Assembly: GCA_963827655.1 (NCBI GenBank)
Contig: CAWHCF010000044.1
Coordinates: 192,001 to 256,000, forward strand
DNA length: 64,000 bases
Origin: an uncultured Acidobacteriota bacterium
Lineage (GTDB): Bacteria > Acidobacteriota > UBA6911
Reading direction: 5' to 3'
Numbering within the stretch: position 1 is the stretch's first letter; each line of letters starts with the position of its first letter. Shown in pieces: positions 18,937 through 29,094 of the stretch. Under the pieces are notes generated by a model that was not told the origin of the DNA, made no database searches, and saw nothing but the letters and a program-made list of their open reading frames with translations. A program made the translations under genes and the position numbers.

Positions 18937-20403
18937 ATGCCGTTACTATACACAGCCGCAAATCTGATTGTCACCGTCCTCCTGAGCTTTCTTCACGCTC
19001 CAGCCGAAAACGGCTATGCAGGTTCTGAAGCCTGCGCGACCTGCCATGACGCGATATTCAAGGTTCAATCCGATAGCCGCCATGCCCATTCGTGGAGGGC
19101 TCCGGGCAAAGAATTTCCGGCTGACTACCAGGTCGAGCTCGAAGGCAACGAATCACTGTCCGTTCCGGTCGGGGCCATACTTGGAGGAGACCGATTCGGG
19201 TTCAGTTTTATTCTGGAGTTGGACAAACTTGGAGGAGTCTCGCTTCCACGAAAGACTCTGATCGAGGGACGTTACTTGCACAGTGTCCGAACCGGAAAAC
19301 GAGCCCTCTCACCCGGCCTCCCCGCGGAAACCCCTGATTCATATGGTACGGCTGCCGGCCGGGTTTTGAGTCCGGCCTTTGCAAAGAAATGCCTGGGATG
19401 CCACGGCTCCCCCTCCGAGACTACTCCAGATACCGGGGTCCGCTGCGAGCGCTGTCACGGTCCGGGACGACAGCACATCGGCGCCGTGGGCGCGAAGTCA
19501 AAGGAGCTTGCAATCGTGCACCCGGGAAAGCTTCCGGCTGGAAAGCTGCTCGAAATCTGTGGGGAGTGCCATTCCGGCTTCTTCCCTCTTCAAGAGCCAC
19601 GTCCGGAGGATCTGCTGATTTCGAACCAGGTGACGGCGCTCAAGAATTCAGCCTGCTATACCAGGAGCAACGAGGGCATCACCTGCCTGACCTGCCACAA
19701 TCCGCATACCAACGCGCAGCATGAGGATCCGGCTTACGAGCGCGCGTGTCTCTCGTGTCATGCGCGCGAGGCTGCGCCGCCCAGGGGTCGGCGCCCTGCG
19801 GCCAGGGCCCAGAAACCGAACGAGACACTCGGGCCCCCGAAGACAAAGCCTTGTTCCGCTCACAAGACTACGGGATGTGTGACCTGCCATATGCCGGTCA
19901 CGAAACGCACCGACGCTTTTCCGCTGGTGGATCACTGGATTCGAGTGGTCGAGCGTCCGATGCCTGAGAATATTCGCGGGAAGATCACGCGCGCGGTTTC
20001 TCTGGCCGAACGGGGAAACAAGAATGACGCCATCCGATCGCTCGAGGCGCTCCTTGCAGACGGCGCCGGCGAACCCTCATTGCATTACAACCTGGGACTC
20101 GCCTACGAGGAGAGCAACCGGTTGGAGGATGCCCTGAAGTCATATCAGGAGGCGATAAAGTTGGAGCCCGATATGGTGGCCGCGCATATTAATCTCGGTT
20201 CCCTGCTTCTCTCGCAGGCGAAAGTCGACGAGGCGATCGCAGTTTTCCAGAAGGCGGCGCAGATCAATCCGCTGGAGGTCACGGCTCATTACAACCTGGC
20301 CATCGCCTACCAGCATAAAGGGGATGACCAACGGATGCAGCGCGAGCTTCAGCTCGTGGTTGCCATCAACCCGAGGATGAAGAAAGTATTGACGCCGCGC
20401 TGA
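18937..20403 (+). CDS. Multiheme (7 CxxCH) c-type cytochrome with C-terminal TPRs
   Basis: YAGSEACATCH, CLGCH, GVRCERCHGPG, CGECH, ITCLTCHNPH, CLSCH, CVTCHMP..DHWI, then TPRs. Confidence 0.9.
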   Translation: MPLLYTAANLIVTVLLSFLHAPAENGYAGSEACATCHDAIFKVQSDSRHAHSWRAPGKEFPADYQVELEGNESLSVPVGAILGGDRFGFSFILELDKLGGVSLPRKTLIEGRYLHSVRTGKRALSPGLPAETPDSYGTAAGRVLSPAFAKKCLGCHGSPSETTPDTGVRCERCHGPGRQHIGAVGAKSKELAIVHPGKLPAGKLLEICGECHSGFFPLQEPRPEDLLISNQVTALKNSACYTRSNEGITCLTCHNPHTNAQHEDPAYERACLSCHAREAAPPRGRRPAARAQKPNETLGPPKTKPCSAHKTTGCVTCHMPVTKRTDAFPLVDHWIRVVERPMPENIRGKITRAVSLAERGNKNDAIRSLEALLADGAGEPSLHYNLGLAYEESNRLEDALKSYQEAIKLEPDMVAAHINLGSLLLSQAKVDEAIAVFQKAAQINPLEVTAHYNLAIAYQHKGDDQRMQRELQLVVAINPRMKKVLTPR

Positions 20404-20475
20404 GCGGCTGCGCCCTTTCGGGTCCACCGCAATGACGCGAAGACGCTTATAACTTGATGTTGGGGCAGGAGGGAT

Positions 20476-20698
20476 ATGAAATACCTTGGCAGGGTGAAAC
20501 GACAAGGCAGCGATCTGAAGATGCCTGATTCCTTTCGGGAAGTGGCAAAAACGGAAGTTTATGAGGCCATCAGTCGTCGAGGGCGACATTCTACTTCTTG
20601 CAACTCCACTCGATCGCGAGCGGGTGAAACAAATTCAGGATCTGACAGATCGCTCAATACAAGAGCACCGGCGCACACTTGAGGGACTGGCCCGGTGA
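20476..20698 (+). CDS. Probable antitoxin (AbrB-like) of the Doc toxin, frameshift near 20572
   Basis: MKYLGRVKRQGSDLKMP.. joins VVEGDILLLATPLDRERVKQIQDLTDRSIQEHRRTLEGLAR*. Its TGA overlaps the toxin GTG (GTGA); GGAGGG RBS. Confidence 0.65.
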
Positions 20699-21084
20699 AC
20701 TGGCTGACTCTTCGTGAGCTTCTGATCATTCACGAACGAGTAATCGCCGAAACCGGAGGTTTAGCCGGTGTCTCGAATCCTGCGGGCCTCGATTCGGCCC
20801 TGTCGCGGCCTTTCACTGCTTTCGGCGGTGTTGAACTCTTTCCAGATATTGTTACGAAAGTCTCGGCGCTGATCCACAGTATCATTTCATTTCACCCCTT
20901 TGTCGACGGGAACAAACGCGTCGCTTTGGTCGCCGCCGATGTAACGCTTCGCCTGAATGGCTCTCGCCTTGTCCCGTCGATGGAGATCGAACCCTTCTTT
21001 TGGTCAATAGCGAGGGGCGAAAGGGACGTTGAGGCCATTGCGGAATGGCTGAAGCATCAGATCGAGCCTTGGCATCAGTCTTAG
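20695..21084 (+). CDS. Death-on-curing (Fic/Doc) family toxin
   Basis: IHERVIAETGG..G, LDSALSRP, HPFVDGNKR. Confidence 0.9.
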   Translation: MNWLTLRELLIIHERVIAETGGLAGVSNPAGLDSALSRPFTAFGGVELFPDIVTKVSALIHSIISFHPFVDGNKRVALVAADVTLRLNGSRLVPSMEIEPFFWSIARGERDVEAIAEWLKHQIEPWHQS

Positions 21085-21213
21085 CCCACTCGTCACTTCG
21101 CTGCGTTATCCGCGTCTGAAAGCATCCGCGACACGTTTCGATTGTCTCGGTTAGCGGAGCTTGGCGTCTTCGGGTCTTGGTGGTAAAAACGGGGTCTAGC
21201 CCATCTGTAACCG

Positions 21214-21242
21214 AGGGGCGGAGGTTTCGGCTCTCCGCCCCT
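21214..21242 (-). terminator. GC-rich hairpin downstream of the TonB receptor
   Basis: AGGGGCGGAG..CTCCGCCCCT stem; no clear U-tract on the minus strand. Confidence 0.5.
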
Positions 21243-21253
21243 TTCGTCGGGCT

Positions 21254-24200
21254 CTAGAACACAAACCGTAGAGCCCACTGGATGCGCCGCATCGGCAGGA
21301 AAATTCCCGTGATCTGTCCGGCCGTCGGGCTGTCCACGGTCCCGTTGGGATTGGAGAGGTTGGCGCTGTTGAAGAGGTTGAAGAACTCGGCCCGGAATCT
21401 GAAGCCTGGCTGATTCCGACATATCGAAGTTCTTGAAAAACGAAAGATCCAGCGTCGCGACCCCAGGACCTCGCAGCGAGTTGCGCGCGGCGTTGCCGAA
21501 GAGCAGCGGCGCCGGAATGCCCCAGACCGTCCCGATGGTCGAGGGTCCCGCATTGAACCATTTGTCACGAGTCGGATCCTCGAGTTCAGGATCCCCCAAT
21601 ATATCGGGCCGGTATGCAAGGTCCGGCGTATTCAAGGGGGCGCGGCTCGACAGTCCCGGCGAAAAGGGCAGCCCCGATTCGAGGGTCAAGACATTGTTGA
21701 TGGACCACCCTCCCAGTAACTGCGAAGCCACCCCTTCAGTCAGCATCTTCTTTCCCCGGCCCAAGGGTAACTCCCAAATCCCATTCAAAACAAAAACGTG
21801 CGTCCGATCGAAATCGGTAGCGGCGTACTCGAGCCGGCGGTTATAGATGTTGCCGGTGCCATTGAGACCGGTGTCTAATCCCTTCGCCCATGTGTAATGG
21901 CCCAGGAACCAGAAATCATTTGCGAACCGCTTCTCGAGCTTGGTCTGCAGCGAGTGGTAGTTCGAAGAAGCGCAATTGCACTGGCGGGACTCGATTCCTT
22001 GAGTCCAGCCGAACTTGTTGAAAAATGGGCGGCGCGGGTTTACGGGGCCAGGTCCCACCCTCGGAAGATTGAAGTTGAGATAGGCAACGCGATGGACTCC
22101 CTGATTACCGACATAAGCAATATCAGCCGCCAATGTTGGTGTGAGCTGATGTTGAATGCTCAAATTCCAGTTTTCGGCAAACGGAAGTTTTAGACGTGGT
22201 TCGATGTAGAACATCCGGATTCCATCAGGGAGTTTGAAACGCCATTGGAGTCGGGTGTGGGAAATACCGGCGCGGGGGGCCCGGACGCAAGATTGAAGAC
22301 GGAGCTGAACGGACTTGGCGGAGCCAGGTCCTGGCTGGCCAACACCGGCAAATTCTGGGTTACCGTGTGGCCGAAGGCAGCCCCAAAAGTGCCGATGTCG
22401 TAGCTCCTTCCGTAGCCCATTCGCAACACGGTCTTTTCCGAGAGCTGGTATGCGACGCCCAACCGAGGCGCAAAATTATCCAGGCTTCCCTCGATTCCGC
22501 CATCGAGCGGCACCGGCCCGACGCCATAAACGACAACTTCTCCCGTATTGATATCAACGTTCGCGCCCTTGCCAGGGCCGCTCACCGTTTCCGGCGCGTA
22601 GTATTCCCAGCGCAACCCCAAACTCAGGGTGAGCTTCTGGGTCACGCGCCAGGTATCCTGGCCATAGAGGAAGTATCGATTCTGTCTCTCGCCGGCGTCC
22701 AGACTCTCGCTGACGTAGCGGCGGAAATCCGAAACGTCGCCAAGCAGGAACGACGCGAGCCCCAGCCCGGAGTTGGCGACGCCCGCCCCGGCGGTGTACT
22801 CGGGATTAAAAGAAAGTTGGCCGGATCTATGCTGGTCGCTGGGCACGCGCAGGTTGATCGCACGCCGATAATCCACACCAAATTTCAAAGAGTGGTTCCG
22901 GACTATTTTGGTCCAGTTGTTCACGAACTGATATTGATCCTCGGTCTGGTCCAGTGGGCAGTTGCACTGGTTGACGCCAAGCGAGTAACCGAAACGGAAG
23001 GTACCAACGCCGTTGATCGTAAACGCCGGCATGTCCGCAGTGAAATCGTCGACGTTGAGGCCCGGAATTCCAGCGTCACGGGCCGGGGTCTTCCCTTGCT
23101 CTCCGGGACGCACCCGCACCAGGTATCGGAAATAGCCGAAGCGAAAATCTGTCAGAAACGACGGGTTCAGGGTGTAGTCAAAGCCGGTTGCCACACTCTG
23201 ATTCCGAACGTGCGATCTCCCGGCGAAATTGATGAAGTTCAAAGCGGGGCCACCCACCCCCTCCCCAAATGCGCCGGGAGCGAATTTATTGAAGTTGGCA
23301 AAGCTGTACCGGCCAAAAAGATGGAAGTTTTGCGTCACATAGACATCACCGCGGCCTCCTACCTGGTCCGAATCGAGTTTCTCCGTCCCCCCGGCAGCGT
23401 AATTGTTCTCGATGGCGCCGGCGGCTCCCGTATTCGAAAACGGTATCAGTTTCAGAAGGTTCTGGGCTTGAGAACTCAATTGGTTTGCCGGAATGATGCC
23501 CCCCGAAAACTGAGTTCGACCTGAGCCGTCGGTGCTCCCGGTCCTGGGATTGAAGATAGGCCGGCCGTAGGCTGAAAGATCTCCTGCACGCGCCGCGGCA
23601 GTCGGCACGGTGGTAAGGACGGACGAGCCATTGCGCTGCCGCGTGCCTTCGTAGTAGCCGAAGAAGAACGCTTTGTTCTCAACAATGGGTCCCCCGGCAG
23701 TCGCTCCAAACTGGTTCCAGCGAGCCGACGGGATACGCTTTCCCCCCAATGTTTCCGGCGACTCCGAGAACGGGTTGCGGGCGTTGGTCGCGCTGTTGCG
23801 GTGAAACTCGTACACGCTGCCGTGCAGTTCGTTTGTTCCGGACCGGGTTTGCGACGTGATAACGGCCGACTGAGCGTTGCCGAACTCGGCATCGAAGTTC
23901 ACGGTCGTCATCTTGAACTCCTGCACCGAGTCAAGCACAGGGTTAATCACAATGATCCCCAGAATCGGATCTCGATTGTCGGTGCCGTCCAGCAGGAAGC
24001 CGGTTCCGAAGAAGGGCTGCCCGTTGACCATGATCTGGGTGCTCCCCTGCGGATTCTCGCTCGAGGCATGCTGCCAGGTCTGCTTCGAGGTTCCGGGCGC
24101 AAGCAACTGCAGTTCGGTGAAGTTGCGGTTTAGCAGCGGCAGCTCGGTCACGGCTTTGTTCTCGAAAACCGTGCTGACGTCGGCCCGGTCGGACTTCAGG

Positions 24201-24586
24201 AGCGGAGCTTCGGCCGTGATTACGACCTGTTCGCTGAGCTGGCCCACTTCGAGCGCCGCGTCGACGCGAGCCGCTTCGTCCGCGCGCACGATAACGTCGT
24301 CCTGCACGAAGCTCTTGAATCCGGTGAGCCCGATCTTTACCTGATACCTTCCCGGAACCAGCCGAGTTTTCGTGTAATTCCCGGACTCGTTGGTGATGAC
24401 GGTAAAGATCGTTCCTTTGTCGAGGTCTGTGATGGTCACTTCGGCCCCCGGCACTGCGCCGCCGGAGGAATCTCTCACAGTTCCAAATATCTGACCGTAA
24501 ACCGCCTGTGCCAGACTTCCCTGGGGAAACGCAAGCAGAACAGTCAAAGCCACGGACAACGATAATATGAGGCGCCCATCTGACAT
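21254..24586 (-). CDS. TonB-dependent receptor, Oar-like, with carboxypeptidase-regulatory N-domain; frameshifts near 22235 and 21398
   Basis: GTVRDSSGGAVPGA, ELPLLNRNF, SVQEFK, SGTNELHGS, QDTWRV..LGLRWEY, NFAPRLG, FRAEFFNLFN, C-terminal RRIQWALRFVF. Confidence 0.92.
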
Positions 24587-24611
24587 AAACACTCCTCCGA
24601 ACCGCAAGGCT

Positions 24612-24680
24612 GCTTCGTGTCTTCGTGGTTAGAGCTGCCTAACAAATACCGCTAAGACTCAAAGAAGGAACACCAAGAAT
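24612..24680. repeat. 8-nt-period extragenic repeat family (representative inverted pair)
   Basis: CTTCGTGTCTTCGTGGTT..AACAAATACCGCTAAGACTCAAAG. Related copies near 185, 11923, 12065, 13830, 15040, 15990, 21160, 26614, 27980, 31330, 33548, 36504, 37615, 39265, 41090, 54715, 60980 and 63768. Confidence 0.85.
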
Positions 24681-24840
24681 CTTTGCCAAAAAAGCAAGAA
24701 GCTACGACTAGTAATAAACGTTCTTACGGCGGGGGAGACCCGGGAAGGTACGAGAGGTTCTCAGGAAGGAAGGGGGAACCCGAGTGGCGCCTAGTGCCCG
24801 AGACTCACTAACGCGCCGGACCTCCTTCTGTTTGCGGTCC

Positions 24841-24893
24841 CTGGCGCAACAACTAGCACCATGGATTGACAAAGTCAAACCAATTGTTAAAGT
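24841..24893. promoter_or_regulatory. Candidate overlapping divergent sigma70 promoters / TTGAC-N3-GTCAA palindrome
   Basis: Plus strand: TTGACA (24866) N16 TAAAGT, with extended TG. Minus strand: TTGACT N17 TAGTTG. Lies between the divergent TonB receptor and CRTAC1 genes. Confidence 0.45.
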
Positions 24894-24932
24894 TCACTCG
24901 CTGCAAAGGCGCAAAGGCGCGAAGGAAATCTC

Positions 24933-26609
24933 TTGATTCGCTTTGCGATTGGCTTGTTGCTCCTGGCCGCCGCGATGCAAGCATCCGCATCGCTAGACCA
25001 GTCCACGCCCGCTGGGTTCTCACTGACCAACATCTCCGCCTCAGCCGGCCTCAACGCCATCACTGTGTACGGCGGCGAAAAACAGAATCGTTACCTGCTG
25101 GAAACTACGGGATGCGGCGTCGCCCTCCTCGACTTCGACGGCGACGGCTGGCTCGATATCTATCAGGTCAACGGCTCGCGCTTCGAGTCCCTTCCCGCTC
25201 CCAAGCCCCAGTCCCATCTCTATCGCAACAACAAGAACGGGACTTTCACCGACGTGACCGCTCGCGCCGGCGTTGGCAAATCCGATTGGGGTCAGGCCGT
25301 CTGCGCCGGAGACTATGACAATGATGGGTTTCCGGACCTGTTCGTGACGTACTGGGGAAACAATGTCCTGTATCGCAATCTTGGCAACGGCACTTTCGCG
25401 GATGTGACCCGCAAGGCAGGCCTGGTTCAGCCGGCGCGCCGCTGGAATTCAGGCTGCGCCTTCCTCGACTTCGACCGGGATGGAGATCTCGACCTCTTCG
25501 TGGCGAACTACATCGACTTCGAACCCGAGACGACGCCGACCCCTGACTCCGGCCTCTGTCTCTACAAAGGCGTTCGCGTCGCATGCGGCCCTCCCGGACT
25601 CACGGGCGGCAAAAACCTTCTGTACCAGAACAACGGAAACGGCACTTTTACCGACATCTCCCAGGCCTCGGGCATTACCAAGGCGCACGGAACCTACGGA
25701 CTTGGCGTCCTGGTGTCCGACTTCGACAATGATGCCTGGCCCGACATCTATGTGGCCAACGACTCCAATCCGAGCGCGCTTTATCGCAACAACCACGACG
25801 GCACGTTTACAGACATTGGAATTCTCGCCGGCTGCGCCTACAGCGCGGACGGAAAGCCGCAAGCCGGAATGGGAGTCTCCGCGGGCGATTTCAACCACGA
25901 TGGTTGGATGGACATTTTCAAGACCAACTTCGCCGGAGACACTTCGAACCTGTACCAGAATAACGGCAGGGGTGGTTTTGAAGAGAGCACGTTCGCCGCC
26001 GGAATCGGGCTCAACACGCGATTTCTCGGTTGGGGGTGCGGATTCGTCGACCTGAATCACGATGGCTGGATCGATATTCTGCAGGTCAACGGCCACGTCT
26101 ATCCGGAAGTCAATCAACTCAAGACTGAAGCTCAGTATCGCCAGCGAAAGATTCTCTACCTTAATCGGGAAGGCAAACGGTTTGACGATGTCACCGAGCA
26201 GGTCGGCGGCCCGCTGCTCGAACTCCGCGCCGGCCGCGGCTGTGCGTTCGGTGACGTGGATAACGACGGCGACATCGATATGGTCGTGAATAACGTCAAC
26301 CAGACGATGGATCTCTACCGGCAGGATCGAAACAATGACAACCACTGGACCACGATCCAGCTTGCAGCCGGCCACTGCAATCGCAGTGCAATCGGAGCCC
26401 GCGTCCGCATCGTGGCGGGCGGCATCACCCAGATCGATGAGGTAAGAAGCGGCGGCAGCTACTATTCTCAAAGCGATTTCCGGATTCACTTCGGCCTGGG
26501 GAAGGAAAGCAAGATCGATCTTCTGGAGGTGCGGTGGCCCGACGGGAAGACGGACACACACCGCGATCTCGCGGTCGATCGCATGCTCAAGATCGAGGAA
26601 TCCAAGTGA
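24933..26609 (+). CDS. CRTAC1-family (ASPIC/UnbV) protein, second paralogue
   Basis: Signal peptide, DFDGDGWLD repeats, SAIGARV..RSGGSYYSQSD.RIHFGLG..VRWPDG. Confidence 0.92.
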   Translation: MIRFAIGLLLLAAAMQASASLDQSTPAGFSLTNISASAGLNAITVYGGEKQNRYLLETTGCGVALLDFDGDGWLDIYQVNGSRFESLPAPKPQSHLYRNNKNGTFTDVTARAGVGKSDWGQAVCAGDYDNDGFPDLFVTYWGNNVLYRNLGNGTFADVTRKAGLVQPARRWNSGCAFLDFDRDGDLDLFVANYIDFEPETTPTPDSGLCLYKGVRVACGPPGLTGGKNLLYQNNGNGTFTDISQASGITKAHGTYGLGVLVSDFDNDAWPDIYVANDSNPSALYRNNHDGTFTDIGILAGCAYSADGKPQAGMGVSAGDFNHDGWMDIFKTNFAGDTSNLYQNNGRGGFEESTFAAGIGLNTRFLGWGCGFVDLNHDGWIDILQVNGHVYPEVNQLKTEAQYRQRKILYLNREGKRFDDVTEQVGGPLLELRAGRGCAFGDVDNDGDIDMVVNNVNQTMDLYRQDRNNDNHWTTIQLAAGHCNRSAIGARVRIVAGGITQIDEVRSGGSYYSQSDFRIHFGLGKESKIDLLEVRWPDGKTDTHRDLAVDRMLKIEESK

Positions 26610-27970
26610 CAATTCACCACCAGGACGCGAAGACGCAAAGTATTCTTTTGTTCCTGGCTTCCTGGTGCCTTTGCGTCTTTGCGGTGAGGGCGCAATCGGT
26701 CGAGGAACATCTGCGGCGAGGATTCGAATTCGGCCGCGCGGCTCAATATGCCGAGGCGATTCGCGAGTTCGAAGCCGCCGTCCGCCTGAACCCTTCGTCT
26801 CCAGAAGCGCACTACAGCCTGGGCGTGGCCCGCTGGTGGACCAAGGACCTGGATGCCGGAATCACCTCTCTAGACACGGCGCTCAAGCTGAAGCCCGACA
26901 TGGCAGAAGCTCACTACTTTCTTGGCCTCGCATTGCAACAGAAGGGAGAGCTGAAACGCGCTCTGACCGAGGTGGAATCATCCATCCGGCTGAGACCGAA
27001 ATTCGCCCAGGGTTACAACAGCCTCGGACTGATCCGGCAACAAATCGGCGATCGCGACGCCGCCACTTCTTCCTTTCGAACGGCGGTCGAGTCGGAACCC
27101 GATTTCCTCGAGGCGCGTAACAACCTGGGTCTCGCCCTGATGCAAGCCTCGGATGCGGACGGCGCGGCAGAGCAGTTTCGAGCGATCATTCAGCGTAAGC
27201 CCGGCAACATCGATGCGCGCAACAATCTCGGGCTGGCATTAATGCAGAAGGGGGATCTGCAGTCGGCCGTCGAAGTTCTGCGCGAGCTCTTGCAGCTGGC
27301 GCCGGATCATCCGGAAGGAAGATACAATCTGGGAGTGGCTCTCAAGCAGAAGGACGATTTTGCCGGCGCTACCACCGAGCTGCGTCACGCCATCAAGATA
27401 AAACCCGACTTTCCCGACGCCTACTACACCCTCGGCATCACTCTCTGGCAGCAGGGAGAGATCGACCCTGCCGTCGAGGCCATGAGAAACGCCCTGCGCT
27501 ATCGACCGGAGTACGCGGAGGCCAGCTTTGCGCTCGGGACTCTGCTTAAAGAAAAGGGAGAGCTCGAAGCGGCCAAGGAGGCGTTACAGAACTCGCTTCG
27601 CGTCAAACCCGAATACCCGGAGGCACACTATGCGCTGGCTTCGATCTTCAAGCAGCAGGGGAAACTGGGCGAGGCGGCGGCTGAACTGGAACGCGCTGAA
27701 GCCCAGCGCCGGTTGAAGCAAAGCCGGGAAACGGCAACCTTCGCTACACACACCGCCCTCGAGCTGGCGCGCAAAGGGGACCTCGATCAGGCCATGCGCC
27801 GGCTGCGCTCGGCCATTCAGACAGCCCCGGACTACGCGCCGGCTCACTATCACCTCAGCCTCCTGCTCCGAAAAACCGGCCGGACCACGGAATCGGAAGC
27901 AGCTCTGAAACGGGCTCTCGAGCTTGATCCGCAAGTCGAGAGCGCGTCATTGCGGCCCGTGGTCCGTTAG
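26606..27970 (+). CDS. TPR-repeat protein (about 11 TPRs)
   Basis: EAHYSLG, EAHYFLG, EARNNLG etc.; GTG start overlapping the upstream TGA. Confidence 0.88.
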   Translation: MTIHHQDAKTQSILLFLASWCLCVFAVRAQSVEEHLRRGFEFGRAAQYAEAIREFEAAVRLNPSSPEAHYSLGVARWWTKDLDAGITSLDTALKLKPDMAEAHYFLGLALQQKGELKRALTEVESSIRLRPKFAQGYNSLGLIRQQIGDRDAATSSFRTAVESEPDFLEARNNLGLALMQASDADGAAEQFRAIIQRKPGNIDARNNLGLALMQKGDLQSAVEVLRELLQLAPDHPEGRYNLGVALKQKDDFAGATTELRHAIKIKPDFPDAYYTLGITLWQQGEIDPAVEAMRNALRYRPEYAEASFALGTLLKEKGELEAAKEALQNSLRVKPEYPEAHYALASIFKQQGKLGEAAAELERAEAQRRLKQSRETATFATHTALELARKGDLDQAMRRLRSAIQTAPDYAPAHYHLSLLLRKTGRTTESEAALKRALELDPQVESASLRPVVR

Positions 27971-28092
27971 AACAAAATCAACCACGAAGCCGCTAAGGCG
28001 CGAAAAAACGTCTAAGAATCTGAAGCGCGCCGTGTTACGCCCTTGCACCGGTTGAAATCTTTCGCCGAACAGGTTAGCCTTCTCCTGCGTCT

Positions 28093-28620
28093 ATGAAGAA
28101 CGCACGGACCATTCCTGAAAACCACCCGCTCAAGTCGCTTTTTCGCACCCTTGCAGAAAGGGGTCTCAATCAAGCCAACCTCCGCGATCGAGATATTCTC
28201 CTCTATCTCGCCGATCTTCTCGTCGAATTCATGTTCATCGAGAATCTTTACCGGCTGAGAGACGCCGAGGGAAAACGCCTGGAATACCTGGTCGACATGC
28301 TGGGCCAGGCGGTGGAAACCGATATGCCCGATAAGAAGGAATTCTACAGGCATATCGGTGACTACAGCCTGTTCATGCTGGGTATGTTTCCCGAGTTTCT
28401 CGTCCGGCGCAGAAGCAGACTTTCACCGTCGTATTATGCCGATACAGGCCGCATCGGATATCAGGTCGCGGGAGAACTGGAAAGCGATTGGTGGCAAATC
28501 ATGGTCTTTCGCAAGCTCGCGGACAAATTCGAGCATTGCGTGATCTCGCTGAACTGCGTGCGGGAGTACACTTCCGATCCGTTTTACCAGTTCATGTTTC
28601 GTGAATTCGACATTACTTGA
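28093..28620 (+). CDS. Conserved hypothetical protein
   Basis: YLADLLVEF..RHIGDYSLFMLGMFPE..Y..GR..Y pattern; 175 aa. Confidence 0.75.
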   Translation: MKNARTIPENHPLKSLFRTLAERGLNQANLRDRDILLYLADLLVEFMFIENLYRLRDAEGKRLEYLVDMLGQAVETDMPDKKEFYRHIGDYSLFMLGMFPEFLVRRRSRLSPSYYADTGRIGYQVAGELESDWWQIMVFRKLADKFEHCVISLNCVREYTSDPFYQFMFREFDIT

Positions 28621-28637
28621 TGAAAGAAGGAGGCCCT

Positions 28638-29045
28638 ATGGTTCGCAACTCGCGAAGATTACTGGTTGCATTCATGATTATCGCTATCGGTCCCCTGCTT
28701 GTGCCCGCTCAGGTTCAGGCGGCCGAAGACCACATTGTCAAGCCCGTCGAACTTCACAACGCCATCGTGGCGGCTTCAGAGGCAAGGCAAAACGACATAG
28801 CCAAGATCCGCACACTCCTTTCGTCCGACGCCGGGAAAAAGGCTCTCGGCTCGGTGAAAGTCGATTCGCGAAAAATCGAAACCGCGGTCACACTCCTGAA
28901 TGACGAAGAATTGGCCCGGCTGGCAGCGCGAGCTGAAAAAATTCAGGGCGACTTTTCCGCGGGAGCTTTGAGTAACCAGGAGCTTACTTACATCGTGATT
29001 GCGCTCGCAACCGCGGTCATCATCCTCGTCATTGTCGTGGCGTAG
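28638..29045 (+). CDS. PA2779-family protein (signal peptide, C-terminal TM tail)
   Basis: AGGAGG RBS; V.LLNDEELARLA..AG followed by a hydrophobic C-terminus; adjacent to a C39 peptidase. Confidence 0.7.
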   Translation: MVRNSRRLLVAFMIIAIGPLLVPAQVQAAEDHIVKPVELHNAIVAASEARQNDIAKIRTLLSSDAGKKALGSVKVDSRKIETAVTLLNDEELARLAARAEKIQGDFSAGALSNQELTYIVIALATAVIILVIVVA

Positions 29046-29094
29046 CGAAGAGAAGATCCAGGGCGAAAACGCTGCGTCATCGAGGAAAAAACCG

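Noticed and set aside
24866-24878. TTGAC-N3-GTCAA as an FNR/CRP box
   Set aside because: The spacing is N3, not N4. It is more simply explained as back-to-back -35 hexamers.
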